In this document: positions 1-14,529 of the stretch, piece by piece
Layout: each line of letters opens with the position of its first letter
Position numbering within the stretch: the stretch's first letter is position 1
Source: Eukaryota sp. GEM-RC1
Lineage: Eukaryota
Length of the DNA: 64,000 nt
Reading direction: 5' to 3'
Assembly (NCBI GenBank): GCA_040285855.1
Contig: JAUFOQ010000016.1
Coordinates: 3,410,001-3,474,000 of the forward strand
Position numbers and translations under genes: made by a program
Notes under the pieces: model-generated
Databases searched by the model: none
Seen by the model: only the letters and a program-made list of their open reading frames with translations
What the model was told of the DNA's origin: nothing

Positions 1-1786
1 TCCAGACCCAACTGTCGATGTCACGTGAATGGAACGGCACTACTCCTCTTCAACTTTGGATTGCGTTGCTCAAACGTACGCAGAATACAGACGTAACTGT
101 TGCGCTCAATGAGCTGAACAAAATCAAAATGAAATGGTCAATCAACGACCCTGAGGAAAGATGGGGCGATTACATCAACAGATTACATCGCGTTCTTTAA
201 AGAACACAACCTATCTTACCCAAGAACGAAAAAGTTATGACTGCTTTATCAGACAAAGCCATAATCAAAGCCATCCTGGCTAATCTTGGAATAGTTTCCA
301 TTTGGCTCGAACTCTGGCCAGTATATCAGGACTACAATGATATCCAAATGCATTTCTTCCAAGTGAAGCAACAAAACGACAATTGGTGCGACCGATGGAA
401 ATCGTCAGCAGCATCTGTTCAAAATGGACAGCGTATTGCCGAGATCGCCAACCTCAGAGATACAGCCACCTGGGTAGAACTCCCCAAATCCTGGACCTCT
501 CGACCTCTCATCCCTGTTCAATCAAAATCCCGAGGAGCCTCTTCTAGTGTGAAACCCATGAAGAAGACCCGTTCTGAAGAAAAAGACCTTGACGCCTGTA
601 GATTTTGTGGCGAAAGGGCCATTCCATCCTCCAATGTCCGGATCCCGAATGCAAACGCAGTGAGCGTCCCCTAGATCAACGAAAGGCCAAGAGTACCGCC
701 TCAAAACCATCTCGTAGTCATAGTAAGAAACACTCGTCCCATAAAAAATCTAAATATTTCAATGCACAATCAGCACATATAAACACCCTTGTAGATATAT
801 CTGATAACACCACATTATTTATTCAATCAAATTCCATTTTGATCGAAACCAATCAATTCTTAAACCCATTGAGCAACATCAGTTCTGCCAATGGTAATAC
901 GAACTCACAAAGCCTGAATTCCATATTCAGCATAAGTAGTCAGAACCCACTCCCTCTTCTCAGCTGCAAACTGATGATTAACGGAATTCCGGTTCAAGGT
1001 TTTTAGGACAGTGGAGCAACCATGTCCGTAATCACACAAGACCCGGCTACGAAGCGTAACATGACGCCTGTCAACAAAAATGTTCGCTTCACATCCGCAA
1101 ACAATGTTGAGTCCCGGTCCTTGGGTAGCGCCCAGGGCATCTTGACCTTCGATACCAGTAGCATCGCGTACCTGACACATGTGGATAAGGCATTACCAAT
1201 AATACCTGGATCCAACAAACTATTATTGGGAATTGATCTGATGAAACAGTTAGGACTACTGACCGAAGACGGACTAGTCATCCCGATTGACAATGCCATC
1301 CTGGCCACCGTGAACGATGAGTCCGAGTTCGACTCACGCATCATACAACCTTTCCACAGCCCCTCTATCATTAACGTAGACTTTAATAAACATGTTTTTG
1401 ATTCCGGTTATACAATACTTTTAGACGATGACACCAGAGCCGAGAGCTTATTGAACCTGTTTCAGAAGTTTTCTTCAATATTCTTAACAGCTCCTCACAA
1501 AGATTGCATCGATTGTCCTCCCATGGCGATCGACTTCTACAACGAGGAGTCCACTGTGAGACGGAAACCTCGACGGCTCAATCCAATGAAACAGCAGATT
1601 GCCGAAGAGATTTTCGATGAACTTGTCCGTCAGGACCTTGCTGAGTTAACAACTCCCAATGGACAGTTCAGTTCACCGGTAGTACTGGTGGTCTATCCCG
1701 ATCAACGTAAGCCCCGCCTTACGGGTGACTTCAGTGGTTCCGATGGAATTAACGCATTGACCCGAGTTGTCGAACCGAATCTTCCA
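1..1786 (+). mobile_element. Ty3/gypsy element fragment (gag 3' part, aspartic protease, start of RT), array copy 0
   Basis: Zn knuckle CRFCGE/KGHSILQC across a frameshift; protease GF*DSGAT...LLGID; RT start FSSPVVLV...KPRLTGDF, truncated at EPNLP. Confidence 0.9.
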
Positions 1787-2228
1787 ATTCTAAAAGTAAT
1801 AGACAACAACACTACAGTGTAAGTTCTTGAAATTAAAAACACTTAAAGTTCTTCATGCTCTAAATTTGCTATTCTGGTTTTAATCAATGTGAAGGACAGA
1901 TGTTCAGTTGCTTTGATTAACCAAATTCGACAGATTTATGAATTGTTGTCCAAAGATCTTCAATGGATCACAACATTTTAGGACTTGCATTCATGATGCT
2001 GTCATAGATCAAATTCGTGCAATGTGTAAGTCCCACAAAATCGAATCTTTGAAATCAATAATTCAAAAATAGTGATTCTGATAACAGTTTTGGTAAAGAA
2101 CGGCTGATGTCATGATTCCATCAGTCAATGATGAACTAACGGCTGTTGATACGATTACTGTGGATGTTTGCAAAAAAAGGCATTTAAGAATGCTAACAAT
2201 GAAGTGTCTCCACTAGATTTTTCAGAAC

Positions 2229-5200
2229 TGTTAGTACTGGTACAGTACCCTTAAAATAAATTTACTTTACCATCTCCCATGTCTACAGACAACAATAATT
2301 ATTGTGTCACCTGTAGTGCTGCGCCTTGCTACAGAGTGCCCCCTCACTCACCAAGGTCCCAGGACCCCACAATGAGCCGTTTCTTCTCGGAAGGTCCCGC
2401 CCTCCAAGGAACAGCTACATCCCTTTTAGAAGGTTCCGCCCTTCAAAGTCCCTCTTCTGTTGAAGGTTCCGCCCTTCCAGATCCATCCATTTCAGAAGGT
2501 TCCGCCCTTCAAGGTTTGACTTCTCCAGAAGGTTCCATCCTTCAGGATACAGTTTCCGCGTCAGGTTCCGCCCTGCAGAATTCTGTCTCTGCAACTTCCC
2601 CTTATCCCAGAGGAGGTTCAGAGAACAGCTCCTCCGGTGATTATAACTGTCGAGGATTCACCTTCCGCTGTATCTTCTGCACAGACAGGTAGTCGGAGTA
2701 GCACACCTCCCACGGTCACTATCATCGAAGATTCACCTCCCGCGACAACAAGTCCATCCTTTGAAAGGATAAGGTCCCTGTTCAGTTCGAAACCAAAAGC
2801 TAAGAACACCCCTTTTCCTTCCCTGAATATTGAGGAGACAATCACTCCCTCCGTCACTCCCTTGGTACCACCAAGAGGATTTACATTCCCGGAACGAGGC
2901 TCAGTCCCCCTTCCACCCATAAAGTCTTTGCGCAAAGCCACTCGTAAGAGTGATTCCAAAAAGTCTCAGGTGGGTCACACCCCTAATCCAAAGACGTCTG
3001 AACCGCCAGTAACGGATCCCAATCCAACTCGTGGTCATAGAGCAGCTAATCAACCAGTCACTTCCTCCGGGGATCCTGATTTGGAAGATTTAGTTCCTTA
3101 TGACGTCCCTGAAGATGAAGAGTTTAGACAGGCGCCTCCTGTAGGCCCAGCTGACCATTCTTAACCCCCGCCGTCAAGGCCTACTGGACCGGAGTTCCAT
3201 CCTCCACCCATAATTCCCGTACAAGGGTTTATTCCAGTTACATCCTCTATGACGGGTTCGTCTGAATTATTCCAGGCCCCGCCTGCTCCTTACCAACAAG
3301 GGTTAACTGAAGTCGAACTAAAAAAAGCCAATCGCAGAATGTTGCAAGTCGGACGACAACAGGCTTATGATTTTCTATATGGTAGAAGACCGATTTTTGA
3401 GACCCCAAATCTTAGAAAGCGATTCCCTAGACCATCCCTGGCTGCCATAAGAGTCATTCGTCATATGTTCAATGACGAGGTTCCACCCCTTGAAGGAACA
3501 TTCACGATCCTGGATGATCAGCGCAGACCCCACTCCATTCTCATAGACCCGAGCGAACCCGATTCTCTAATCCCTACTAAGAAATGTTGGGAAATCGTTC
3601 AAGATGTTCGCACTGCTCATTTATTCACAAAGAATCATTCCCAAGGAATTCTACATCCGAACCCAGTCACCTCTCTGTCTTCCAAAGACCCCGAGAGCTC
3701 CACAACGGCAATCGAAGACGTGGTCATTCAACCCACTGCCCTCAAACACCGAGCTCGAGTTGAACATGGGGCAGAACTCGCTCGTAGAGCGCAATCAAAT
3801 CCGATCCCTAAAATGAAGGACGTTTCCAAACCCTCATTTCCTGCCGATCAATAATTTCCCAATCCGCATCACGATGCTCTCTCTATGACAGATCTCGCCG
3901 AGACTTTCAGCTCATCGTCTATATCGAATTCATCTGGCACCCCGTCTCCCATGGCCATGTCAGCTTCCAATCCGGTAGAGGAATCCCCCGAACCATTATC
4001 GCACTCAGTGGTGACGGTTCAGCAGAAGTTCCCTGTTGATTCGTTAAAGAACTCGAAATTGCAACCAAAAATGTTAGAGAACTTGAAACCAGAGTCGATA
4101 ATCGATTTCGTAACCGATTACCTTCAATGGAGTATTATGGATCCGAGCCATAAAGCCCCTATTGGAGCCCCTTTCGGTTGGTCTCGTCACTTTTTGACTT
4201 GGTACGAACTGCAGCTCGGACAGCTGACCCTTCATACGTGCAACGTTTCGTCAAATTCAACATCCAGACCCAACTGTCGATGTCACGTGAATGGAACGGC
4301 ACTACTCCTCTTCAACTTTGGATTGCGTTGCTCAAACGTACGCAGTATACAGACGTAACTGTTGCGCTCAATGAGCTGAACAAAATCAAAATGAAATGGT
4401 CAATCAACGACCCTGAGGAAAGATGGGGCGATTACATCAACAGATTACATCGCGTTCTTTAAAGAACACAACCTATCTTACCCAAGAACGAAAAAGTTAT
4501 GACTGCTTTATCAGACAAAGCCATAATCAAAGCCATCCTGGCTAATCTTGGAATAGTTTCCATTTGGCTCGAACTCTGGCCAGTATATCAGGACTACAAT
4601 GATATCCAAATGCATTTCTTCCAAGTGAAGCAACAAAACGACAATTGGTGCGACCGATGGAAATCGTCAGCAGCATCTGTTCAAAATGGACAGCGTATTG
4701 CCGAGATCGCCAACCTCAGAGATACAGCCACCTGGGTAGAACTCCCCAAATCCTGGACCTCTCGACCTCTCATCCCTGTTCAATCAAAATCCCGAGGAGC
4801 CTCTTCTAGTGTGAAACCCATGAAGAAGACCCGTTCTGAAGAAAAAGACCTTGACGCCTGTAGATTTTGTGGCGAAAGGGCCATTCCATCCTCCAATGTC
4901 CGGATCCCGAATGCAAACGCAGTGAGCGTCCCCTAGATCAACGAAAGGCCAAGAGTACCGCCTCAAAACCATCTCGTAGTCATAGTAAGAAACACTCGTC
5001 CCATAAAAAAATCTAAATATTTCAATGCACAATCAGCACATATAAACACCCTTGTAGATATATCTGATAACACCACATTATTTATTCAATCAAATTCCAT
5101 TTTGATCGAAACCAATCAATTCTTAAACCCATTGAGCAACATCAGTTCTGCCAATGGTAATACGAACTCACAAAGCCTGAATTCCATATTCAGCATAAGT

Positions 5201-6049
5201 AGTCAGAACCCACTCCCTCTTCTCAGCTGCAAACTGATGATTAACGGAATTCCGGTTCAAGGTTTTTAGGACAGTGGAGCAACCATGTCCGTAATCACAC
5301 AAGACCCGGCTACGAAGCGTAACATGACGCCTGTCAACAAAAATGTTCGCTTCACATCCGCAAACAATGTTGAGTCCCGGTCCTTGGGTAGCGCCCAGGG
5401 CATCTTGACCTTCGATACCAGTAGCATCGCGTACCTGACACATGTGGATAAGGCATTACCAATAATACCTGTATCCAACAAACTATTATTGGGAATTGAT
5501 CTGATGAAACAGTTAGGACTACTGACCGAAGACGGACTAGTCATCCCGATTGACAATGCCATCCTGGCCACCGTGAACGATGAGTCCGAGTTCGACTCAC
5601 GCATCATACAACCTTTCCACAGCCCCTCTATCATTAACGTAGACTTTAATAAACATGTTTTTGATTCCGGTTATACAATACTTTTAGACGATGACACCAG
5701 AGCCGAGAGCTTATTGAACCTGTTTCAGAAGTTTTCTTCAATATTCTTAACAGCTCCTCACAAAGATTGCATCGATTGTCCTCCCATGGCGATCGACTTC
5801 TACAACGAGGAGTCCACTGTGAGACGGAAACCTCGACGGCTCAATCCAATGAAACAGCAGATTGCCGAAGAGATTTTCGATGAACTTGTCCGTCAGGACC
5901 TTGCTGAGTTAACAACTCCCAATGGACAGTTCAGTTCACCGGTAGTACTGGTGGTCTATCCCGATCAACGTAAGCCCCGCCTTACGGGTGACTTCAGTGG
6001 TTCCGATGGAATTAACGCATTGACCCGAGTTGTCGAACCGAATCTTCCA
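2229..6049 (+). mobile_element. 3'-truncated Ty3/gypsy element, array copy 1 (LTR-like TG start, long gag, protease, RT N-terminus)
   Basis: Begins TGTTAG exactly where the host relic TTCAGAAC|AATACAAG (uninterrupted at ~14960) is broken. Gag starts at ATG 2372 with EGSALQ repeats; CCHC, protease and RT motifs resemble the element at 36429. Confidence 0.88.
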
Positions 6050-6491
6050 ATTCTAAAAGTAATAGACAACAACACTACAGTGTAAGTTCTTGAAATTAAA
6101 AACACTTAAAGTTCTTCATGCTCTAAATTTGCTATTCTGGTTTTAATCAATGTGAAGGACAGATGTTCAGTTGCTTTGATTAACCAAATCCGACAGATTT
6201 ATGAATTGTTGTCCAAAGATCTTCAATGGATCACAACATTTTAGGACTTGCATTCATGATGCTGTCATAGATCAAATTCGTGCAATGTGTAAGTCCCACA
6301 AAATCGAATCTTTGAAATCAATAATTCAAAAATAGTGATTCTGATAACAGTTTTGGTAAAGAACGGCTGATGTCATGATTCCATCAGTCAATGATGAACT
6401 AACGGCTGTTGATACGATTACTGTGGATGTTTGCAAAAAAAGGCATTTAAGAATGCTAACAATGAAGTGTCTCCACTAGATTTTTCAGAAC

Positions 6492-9400
6492 TGTTAGTAC
6501 TGGTACAGTACCCTTAAAATAAATTTACTTTACCATCTCCCATGTCTACAGACAACAATAATTATTGTGTCACCTGTAGTGCTGCGCCTTGCTACAGAGT
6601 GCCCCCTCACTCACCAAGGTCCCAGGACCCCACAATGAGCCGTTTCTTCTCGGAAGGTCCCGCCCTCCAAGGAACAGCTACATCCCTTTTAGAAGGTTCC
6701 GCCCTTCAAAGTCCCTCTTCTGTTGAAGGTTCCGCCCTTCCAGATCCATCCATTTCAGAAGGTTCCGCCCTTCAAGGTTTGACTTCTCCAGAAGGTTCCA
6801 TCCTTCAGGATACAGTTTCCGCGTCAGGTTCCGCCCTGCAGAATTCTGTCTCTGCAACTTCCCCTTATCCCAGAGGAGGTTCAGAGAACAGCTCCTCCGG
6901 TGATTATAACTGTCGAGGATTCACCTTCCGCTGTATCTTCTGCACAGACAGGTAGTCGGAGTAGCACACCTCCCACGGTCACTATCATCGAAGATTCACC
7001 TCCCGCGACAACAAGTCCATCCTTTGAAAGGATAAGGTCCCTGTTCAGTTCGAAACCAAAAGCTAAGAACACCCCTTTTCCTTCCCTGAATATTGAGGAG
7101 ACAATCACTCCCTCCGTCACTCCCTTGGTATCACCAAGAGGATTTACATTCCCGGAACGAGGCTCAGTTCCCCTTCCACCCATAAAGTCTTTGCGCAAAG
7201 CCACTCGTAAGAGTGATTCCAAAAAGTCTCAGGTGGGTCACACCCCTAATCCAAAGACGTCTGAACCGCCAGTAACGGATCCCAATCCAACTCGTGGTCA
7301 TAGAGCAGCTCATCAACCAGTCACTTCCTCCGGGGATCCTGATTTGGAAGATTTAGTTCCTTATGACGTCCCTGAAGATGAAGAGTTTAGACAGCCGCCT
7401 CCTGTAGGCCCAGCTGACCATTCTTAACCCCCGCCGTCAAGGCCTACTGGACCGGAGTTCCATCCTCCACCCATAATTCCCGTACAAGGGTTTATTCCAG
7501 TTACATCCTCTATGACGGGTTCGTCTGAATTATTCCAGGCCCCGCCTGCTCCCTTACCAACAAGGGTTAACTGAAGTCGAACTAAAAAAGCCGATCGCAG
7601 AATGTTGCAAGTCGGACGACAACAGGCTTATGATTTTCTATATGGTAGAAGACCGATTTTTGAGACCCCAAATCTTAGAAAGCGATTCTCTAGACCATCC
7701 CTGGCTGCCATAAGAGTCATTCGTCATATGTTCAATGACGAGGTTCCACCCTTGAAGGAACATTCACGATCCTGGATGATCAGCGCAGACCCCACTCCAT
7801 TCTCATAGACCCGAGCGAACCCGATTCTCTAATCCCTACTAAGAAATGTTGGGAAATCGTTCAAGATGTTCGCACTGCTCATTTATTCACAAAGAATCCT
7901 TCCCAAGGAATTCTACATCCGAACCCAGTCACCTCTCTGTCTTCCAAAGACCCCGAGAGCTCCACAACGGCAATCGAAGACGTGGTCATTCAACCCACTG
8001 CCCTCAAACACCGAGCTCGAGTTGAACATGGAGCAGAACTCGCTCGTAGAGCGCAATCAAATCCGATCCCTAAAATGAAGGACGTTTCCAAACCCTCATT
8101 TCCTGCCGATCAATAATTTCCCAATCCGCATCACGATGCTCTCTCTATGACAGATCTCGCCGAGACTTTCAGCTCATCGTCTATATCGAATTCATCTGGC
8201 ACCCCGTCTCCCATGGCCATGTCAGCTTCCAATCCGGTAGAGGAATCCCCCGAACCATTATCGCACTCAGTGGTGACGGTTCAGCAGAAGTTCCCTGTTG
8301 ATTCGTTAAAGAACTCGAAATTGCAACCAAAAATGCTAGAGAACTTGAAACCAGAGTCGATAATCGATTTCGTAACCGATTACCTTCAATGGAGTATTAT
8401 GGATCCGAACCATAAAGCCCCTATTGGAGCCCCTTTCGGTTGGTCTCGTCACTTTTTTGACTTGGTACGAACTGCAGCTCGGACAGCTGACCCTTCATAC
8501 GTGCAACGTTTCGTCAAATTCAACATCCAGACCCAACTGTCGATGTCACGTGAATGGAACGGCACTACTCCTCTTCAACTTTGGATTGCGTTGCTCAAAC
8601 GTACGCAGTATACAGACGTAACTGTTGCGCTCAATGAGCTGAACAAAATCAAAATGAAATGGTCAATCAACGACCCTGAGGAAAGATGGGGCGATTACAT
8701 CAACAGATTACATCGCGTTCTTTAAAGAACACAACCTATCTTACCCAAGAACGAAAAAGTTATGACTGCTTTATCAGACAAAGCCATAATCAAAGCCATC
8801 CTGGCTAATCTTGGAATAGTTTCCATTTGGCTCGAACTCTGGCCAGTATATCAGGACTACAATGATATCCAAATGCATTTCTTCCAAGTGAAGCAACAAA
8901 ACGACAATTGGTGCGACCGATGGAAATCGTCAGCAGCATCTGTTCAAAATGGACAGCGTATTGCCGAGATCGCCAACCTCAGAGATACAGCCACCTGGGT
9001 AGAACTCCCCAAATCCTGGACCTCTCGACCTCTCATCCCTGTTCAATCAAAATCCCGAGGAGCCTCTTCTAGTGTGAAACCCATGAAGAAGACCCGTTCT
9101 GAAGAAAAAGACCTTGACGCCTGTAGATTTTGTGGCGAAAGGGCCATTCCATCCTCCAATGTCCGGATCCCGAATGCAAACGCAGTGAGCGTCCCCTAGA
9201 TCAACGAAAGGCCAAGAGTACCGCCTCAAAACCATCTCGTAGTCATAGTAAGAAACACTCGTCCCATAAAAAATCTAAATATTTCAATGCACAATCAGCA
9301 CATATAAACACCCTTGTAGATATATCTGATAACACCACATTATTTATTCAATCAAATTCCATTTTGATCGAAACCAATCAATTCTTAAACCCATTGAGCA

Positions 9401-10262
9401 ACATCAGTTCTGCCAATGGTAATACGAACTCACAAAGCCTGAATTCCATATTCAGCATAAGTAGTCAGAACCCACTCCCTCTTCTCAGCTGCAAACTGAT
9501 GATTAACGGAATTCCGGTTCAAGGTTTTTAGGACAGTGGAGCAACCATGTCCGTAATCACACAAGACCCGGCTACGAAGCGTAACATGACGCCTGTCAAC
9601 AAAAATGTTCGCTTCACATCCGCAAACAATGTTGAGTCCCGGTCCTTGGGTAGCGCCCAGGGCATCTTGACCTTCGATACCAGTAGCATCGCGTACCTGA
9701 CACATGTGGATAAGGCATTACCAATAATACCTGGATCCAACAAACTATTATTGGGAATTGATCTGATGAAACAGTTAGGACTACTGACCGAAGACGGACT
9801 AGTCATCCCGATTGACAATGCCATCCTGGCCACCGTGAACGATGAGTCCGAGTTCGACTCACGCATCATACAACCTTTCCACAGCCCCTCTATCATTAAC
9901 GTAGACTTTAATAAACATGTTTTTGATTCCGGTTATACAATACTTTTAGACGATGACACCAGAGCCGAGAGCTTATTGAACCTGTTTCAGAAGTTTTCTT
10001 CAATATTCTTAACAGCTCCTCACAAAGATTGCATCGATTGTCCTCCCATGGCGATCGACTTCTACAACGAGGAGTCCACTGTGAGACGGAAACCTCGACG
10101 GCTCAATCCAATGAAACAGCAGATTGCCGAAGAGATTTTCGATGAACTTGTCCGTCAGGACCTTGCTGAGTTAACAACTCCCAATGGACAGTTCAGTTCA
10201 CCGGTAGTACTGGTGGTCTATCCCGATGACTTCAGTGGTTGTCTGAACCGACTTGACCCGAA
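6492..10262 (+). mobile_element. 3'-truncated Ty3/gypsy element, array copy 2 (rearranged 3' end)
   Basis: Near-identical to copy 1; net deletion of ~47 bp at 10227-10262. Confidence 0.88.
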
Positions 10263-10706
10263 TAATTCTAAAAGTAATAGACAACAACACTACAGTGTAA
10301 GTTCTTGAAATTAAAAACACTTAAAGTTCTTCATGCTCTAAATTTGCTATTCTGGTTTTAATCAATGTGAAGGACAGATGTTCAGTTGCTTTGATTAACC
10401 AAATTCGACAGATTTATGAATTGTTGTCCAAAGATCTTCAATGGATCACAACATTTTAGGACTTGCATTCATGATGCTGTCATAGATCAAATTCGTGCAA
10501 TGTGTAAGTCCCACAAAATCGAATCTTTGAAATCAATAATTCAAAAATAGTGATTCTGATAACAGTTTTGGTAAAGAACGGCTGATGTCATGATTCCATC
10601 AGTCAATGATGAACTAACGGCTGTTGATACGATTACTGTGGATGTTTGCAAAAAAAGGCATTTAAGAATGCTAACAATGAAGTGTCTCCACTAGATTTTT
10701 CAGAAC

Positions 10707-13700
10707 TGTTAGTACTGGTACAGTACCCTTAAAATAAATTTACTTTACCATCTCCCATGTCTACAGACAACAATAATTATTGTGTCACCTGTAGTGCTGC
10801 GCCTTGCTACAGAGTGCCCCTCACTCACCAAGGTCCCAGGACCCCACAATGAGCCGTTTCTTCTCGGAAGGTCCCGCCCTCCAAGGAACAGCTACATCCC
10901 TTTTAGAAGGTTCCGCCCTTCAAAGTCCCTCTTCTGTTGAAGGTTCCGCCCTTCCAGATCCATCCATTTCAGAAGGTTCCGCCCTTCAAGGTTTGACTTC
11001 TCCAGAAGGTTCCATCCTTCAGGATACAGTTTCCGCGTCAGGTTCCGCCCTGCAGAATTCTGTCTCTGCAACTTCCCCTTATCCCAGAGGAGGTTCAGAG
11101 AACAGCTCCTCCGGTGATTATAACTGTCGAGGATTCACCTTCCGCTGTATCTTCTGCACAGACAGGTAGTCGGAGTAGCACACCTCCCACGGTCACTATC
11201 ATCGAAGATTCACCTCCCGCGACAACAAGTCCATCCTTTGAAAGGATAAGGTCCCTGTTCAGTTCGGAAACCAAAAGCTAAGAACACCCCTTTTCCTTCC
11301 CTGAATATTGAGGAGACAATCACTCCCTCCGTCACTCCCTTGGTATCACCAAGAGGATTTACATTCCCGGAACGAGGCTCAGTTCCCCTTCCACCCATAA
11401 AGTCTTTGCGCAAAGCCACTCGTAAGAGTGATTCCAAAAAGTCTCAGGTGGGTCACACCCCTAATCCAAAGACGTCTGAACCGCCAGTAACGGATCCCAA
11501 TCCAACTCGTGGTCATAGAGCAGCTCATCAACCAGTCACTTCCTCCGGGGATCCTGATTTGGAAGATTTAGTTCCTTATGACGTCCCTGAAGATGAAGAG
11601 TTTAGACAGCCGCCTCCTGTAGGCCCAGCTGACCATTCTTAACCCCCGCCGTCAAGGCCTACTGGACCGGAGTTCCATCCTCCACCCATAATTCCCGTAC
11701 AAGGGTTTATTCCAGTTACATCCTCTATGACGGGTTCGTCTGAATTATTCCAGGCCCCGCCTGCTCCTTACCAACAAGGGTTAACTGAAGTCGAACTAAA
11801 AAAAGCCGATCGCAGAATGTTGCAAGTCGGACGACAACAGGCTTATGATTTTCTATATGGTAGAAGACCGATTTTTGAGACCCCAAATCTTAGAAAGCGA
11901 TTCTCTAGACCATCCCTGGCTGCCATAAGAGTCATTCGTCATATGTTCAATGACGAGGTTCCACCCCTTGAAGGAACATTCACGATCCTGGATGATCAGC
12001 GCAGACCCCACTCCATTCTCATAGACCCGAGCGAACCCGATTCTCTAATCCCTACTAAGAAATGTTGGGAAATCGTTCAAGATGTTCGCACTGCTCATTT
12101 ATTCACAAAGAATCCTTCCCAAGGAATTCTACATCCGAACCCAGTCACCTCTCTGTCTTCCAAAGACCCCGAGAGCTCCACAACGGCAATCGAAGACGTG
12201 GTCATTCAACCCACTGCCCTCAAACACCGAGCTCGAGTTGAACATGGAGCAGAACTCGCTCGTAGAGCGCAATCAAATCCGATCCCTAAAATGAAGGACG
12301 TTTCCAAACCCTCATTTCCTGCCGATCAATAATTTCCCAATCCGCATCACGATGCTCTCTCTATGACAGATCTCGCCGAGACTTTCAGCTCATCGTCTAT
12401 ATCGAATTCATCTGGCACCCCGTCTCCCATGGCCATGTCAGCTTCCAATCCGGTAGAGGAATCCCCCGAACCATTATCGCACTCAGTGGTGACGGTTCAG
12501 CAGAAGTTCCCTGTTGATTCGTTAAAGAACTCGAAATTGCAACCAAAAATGCTAGAGAACTTGAAACCAGAGTCGATAATCGATTTCGTAACCGATTACC
12601 TTCAATGGAGTATTATGGATCCGAACCATAAAGCCCCTATTGGAGCCCCTTTCGGTTGGTCTCGTCACTTTTTTGACTTGGTACGAACTGCAGCTCGGAC
12701 AGCTGACCCTTCATACGTGCAACGTTTCGTCAAATTCAACATCCAGACCCAACTGTCGATGTCACGTGAATGGAACGGCACTACTCCTCTTCAACTTTGG
12801 ATTGCGTTGCTCAAACGTACGCAGTATACAGACGTAACTGTTGCGCTCAATGAGCTGAACAAAATCAAAATGAAATGGTCAATCAACGACCCTGAGGAAA
12901 GATGGGGCGATTACATCAACAGATTACATCGCGTTCTTTAAAGAACACAAGCTATCTTACCCAAGAACGAAAAAGTTATGACTGCTTTATCAGACAAAGC
13001 CATAATCAAAGCCATCCTGGCTAATCTTGGAATAGTTTCCATTTGGCTCGAACTCTGGCCAGTATATCAGGACTACAATGATATCCAAATGCATTTCTTC
13101 CAAGTGAAGCAACAAAACGACAATTGGTGCGACCGATGGAAATCGTCAGCAGCATCTGTTCAAAATGGACAGCGTATTGCCGAGATCGCCAACCTCAGAG
13201 ATACAGCCACCTGGGTAGAACTCCCCAAATCCTGGACCTCTCGACCTCTCATCCCTGTTCAATCAAAATCCCGAGGAGCCTCTTCTAGTGTGAAACCCAT
13301 GAAGAAGACCCGTTCTGAAGAAAAAAGACCTTGACGCCTGTGGATTTTGTGGCGAAAAGGGCCATTCCATCCTCCAATGTCCGGATCCCGAATGCAAACG
13401 CAGTGAGCGTCCCCTAGATCAACGAAAGGCCAAGAGTACCGCCTCAAAACCATCTCGTAGTCATAGTAAGAAACACTCGTCCCATAAAAAAATCTAAATA
13501 TTTCAATGCACAATCAGCACATATAAACACCCTTGTAGATATATCTGATAACACCACATTATTTATTCAATCAAATTCCATTTTGATCGAAACCAATCAA
13601 TTCTTAAACCCATTGAGCAACATCAGTTCTGCCAATGGTAATACGAACTCACAAAGCCTGAATTCCATATTCAGCATAAGTAGTCAGAACCCACTCCCTC

Positions 13701-14529
13701 TTCTCAGCTGCAACTGATGATTAACGGAATTCCGGTTCAAGGTTTTTAGGACAGTGGAGCAACCATGTCCGTAATCACACAAGACCCGGCTACGAAGCGT
13801 AACATGACGCCTGTCAACAAAAATGTTCGCTTCACATCCGCAAACAATGTTGAGTCCCGGTCCTTGGGTAGCGCCCAGGGCATCTTGACCTTCGATACCA
13901 GTAGCATCGCGTACCTGACACATGTGGATAAGGCATTACCAATAATACCTGGATCCAACAAACTATTATTGGGAATTGATCTGATGAAACAGTTAGGACT
14001 ACTGACCGAAGACGGACTAGTCATCCCGATTGACAATGCCATCCTGGCCACCGTGAACGATGAGTCCGAGTTCGACTCACGCATCATACAACCTTTCCAC
14101 AGCCCCTCTATCATTAACGTAGACTTTAATAAACATGTTTTTGATTCCGGTTATACAATACTTTTAGACGATGACACCAGAGCCGAGAGCTTATTGAACC
14201 TGTTTCAGAAGTTTTCTTCAATATTCTTAACAGCTCCTCACAAAGATTGCATCGATTGTCCTCCCATGGCGATCGACTTCTACAACGAGGAGTCCACTGT
14301 GAGACGGAAACCTCGACGGCGCAATCCAATGAAACAGCAGATTGCCGAAGAGATTTTCGATGAACTTGTCCGTCAGGACCTTGCTGAGTTAACAACTCCC
14401 AATGGACAGTTCAGTTCACCGGTAGTACTGGTGGTCTATCCCGATCAACGTAAGCCCCGCCTTACGGGTGACTTCAGTGGTTCCGATGGAATTAACGCAT
14501 TGACCCGAGTTGTCGAACCGAATCTTCCA
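10707..14529 (+). mobile_element. 3'-truncated Ty3/gypsy element, array copy 3
   Basis: Near-identical to copy 1. GGCGAAAAGGGCC at ~13351 restores an in-frame CGEKGHSILQC knuckle. Confidence 0.88.

Noticed and set aside
522..14395. Minus-strand ORFs repeated in the array
   Set aside because: Antisense shadows of gag/pol; they recur only because the DNA is repeated.
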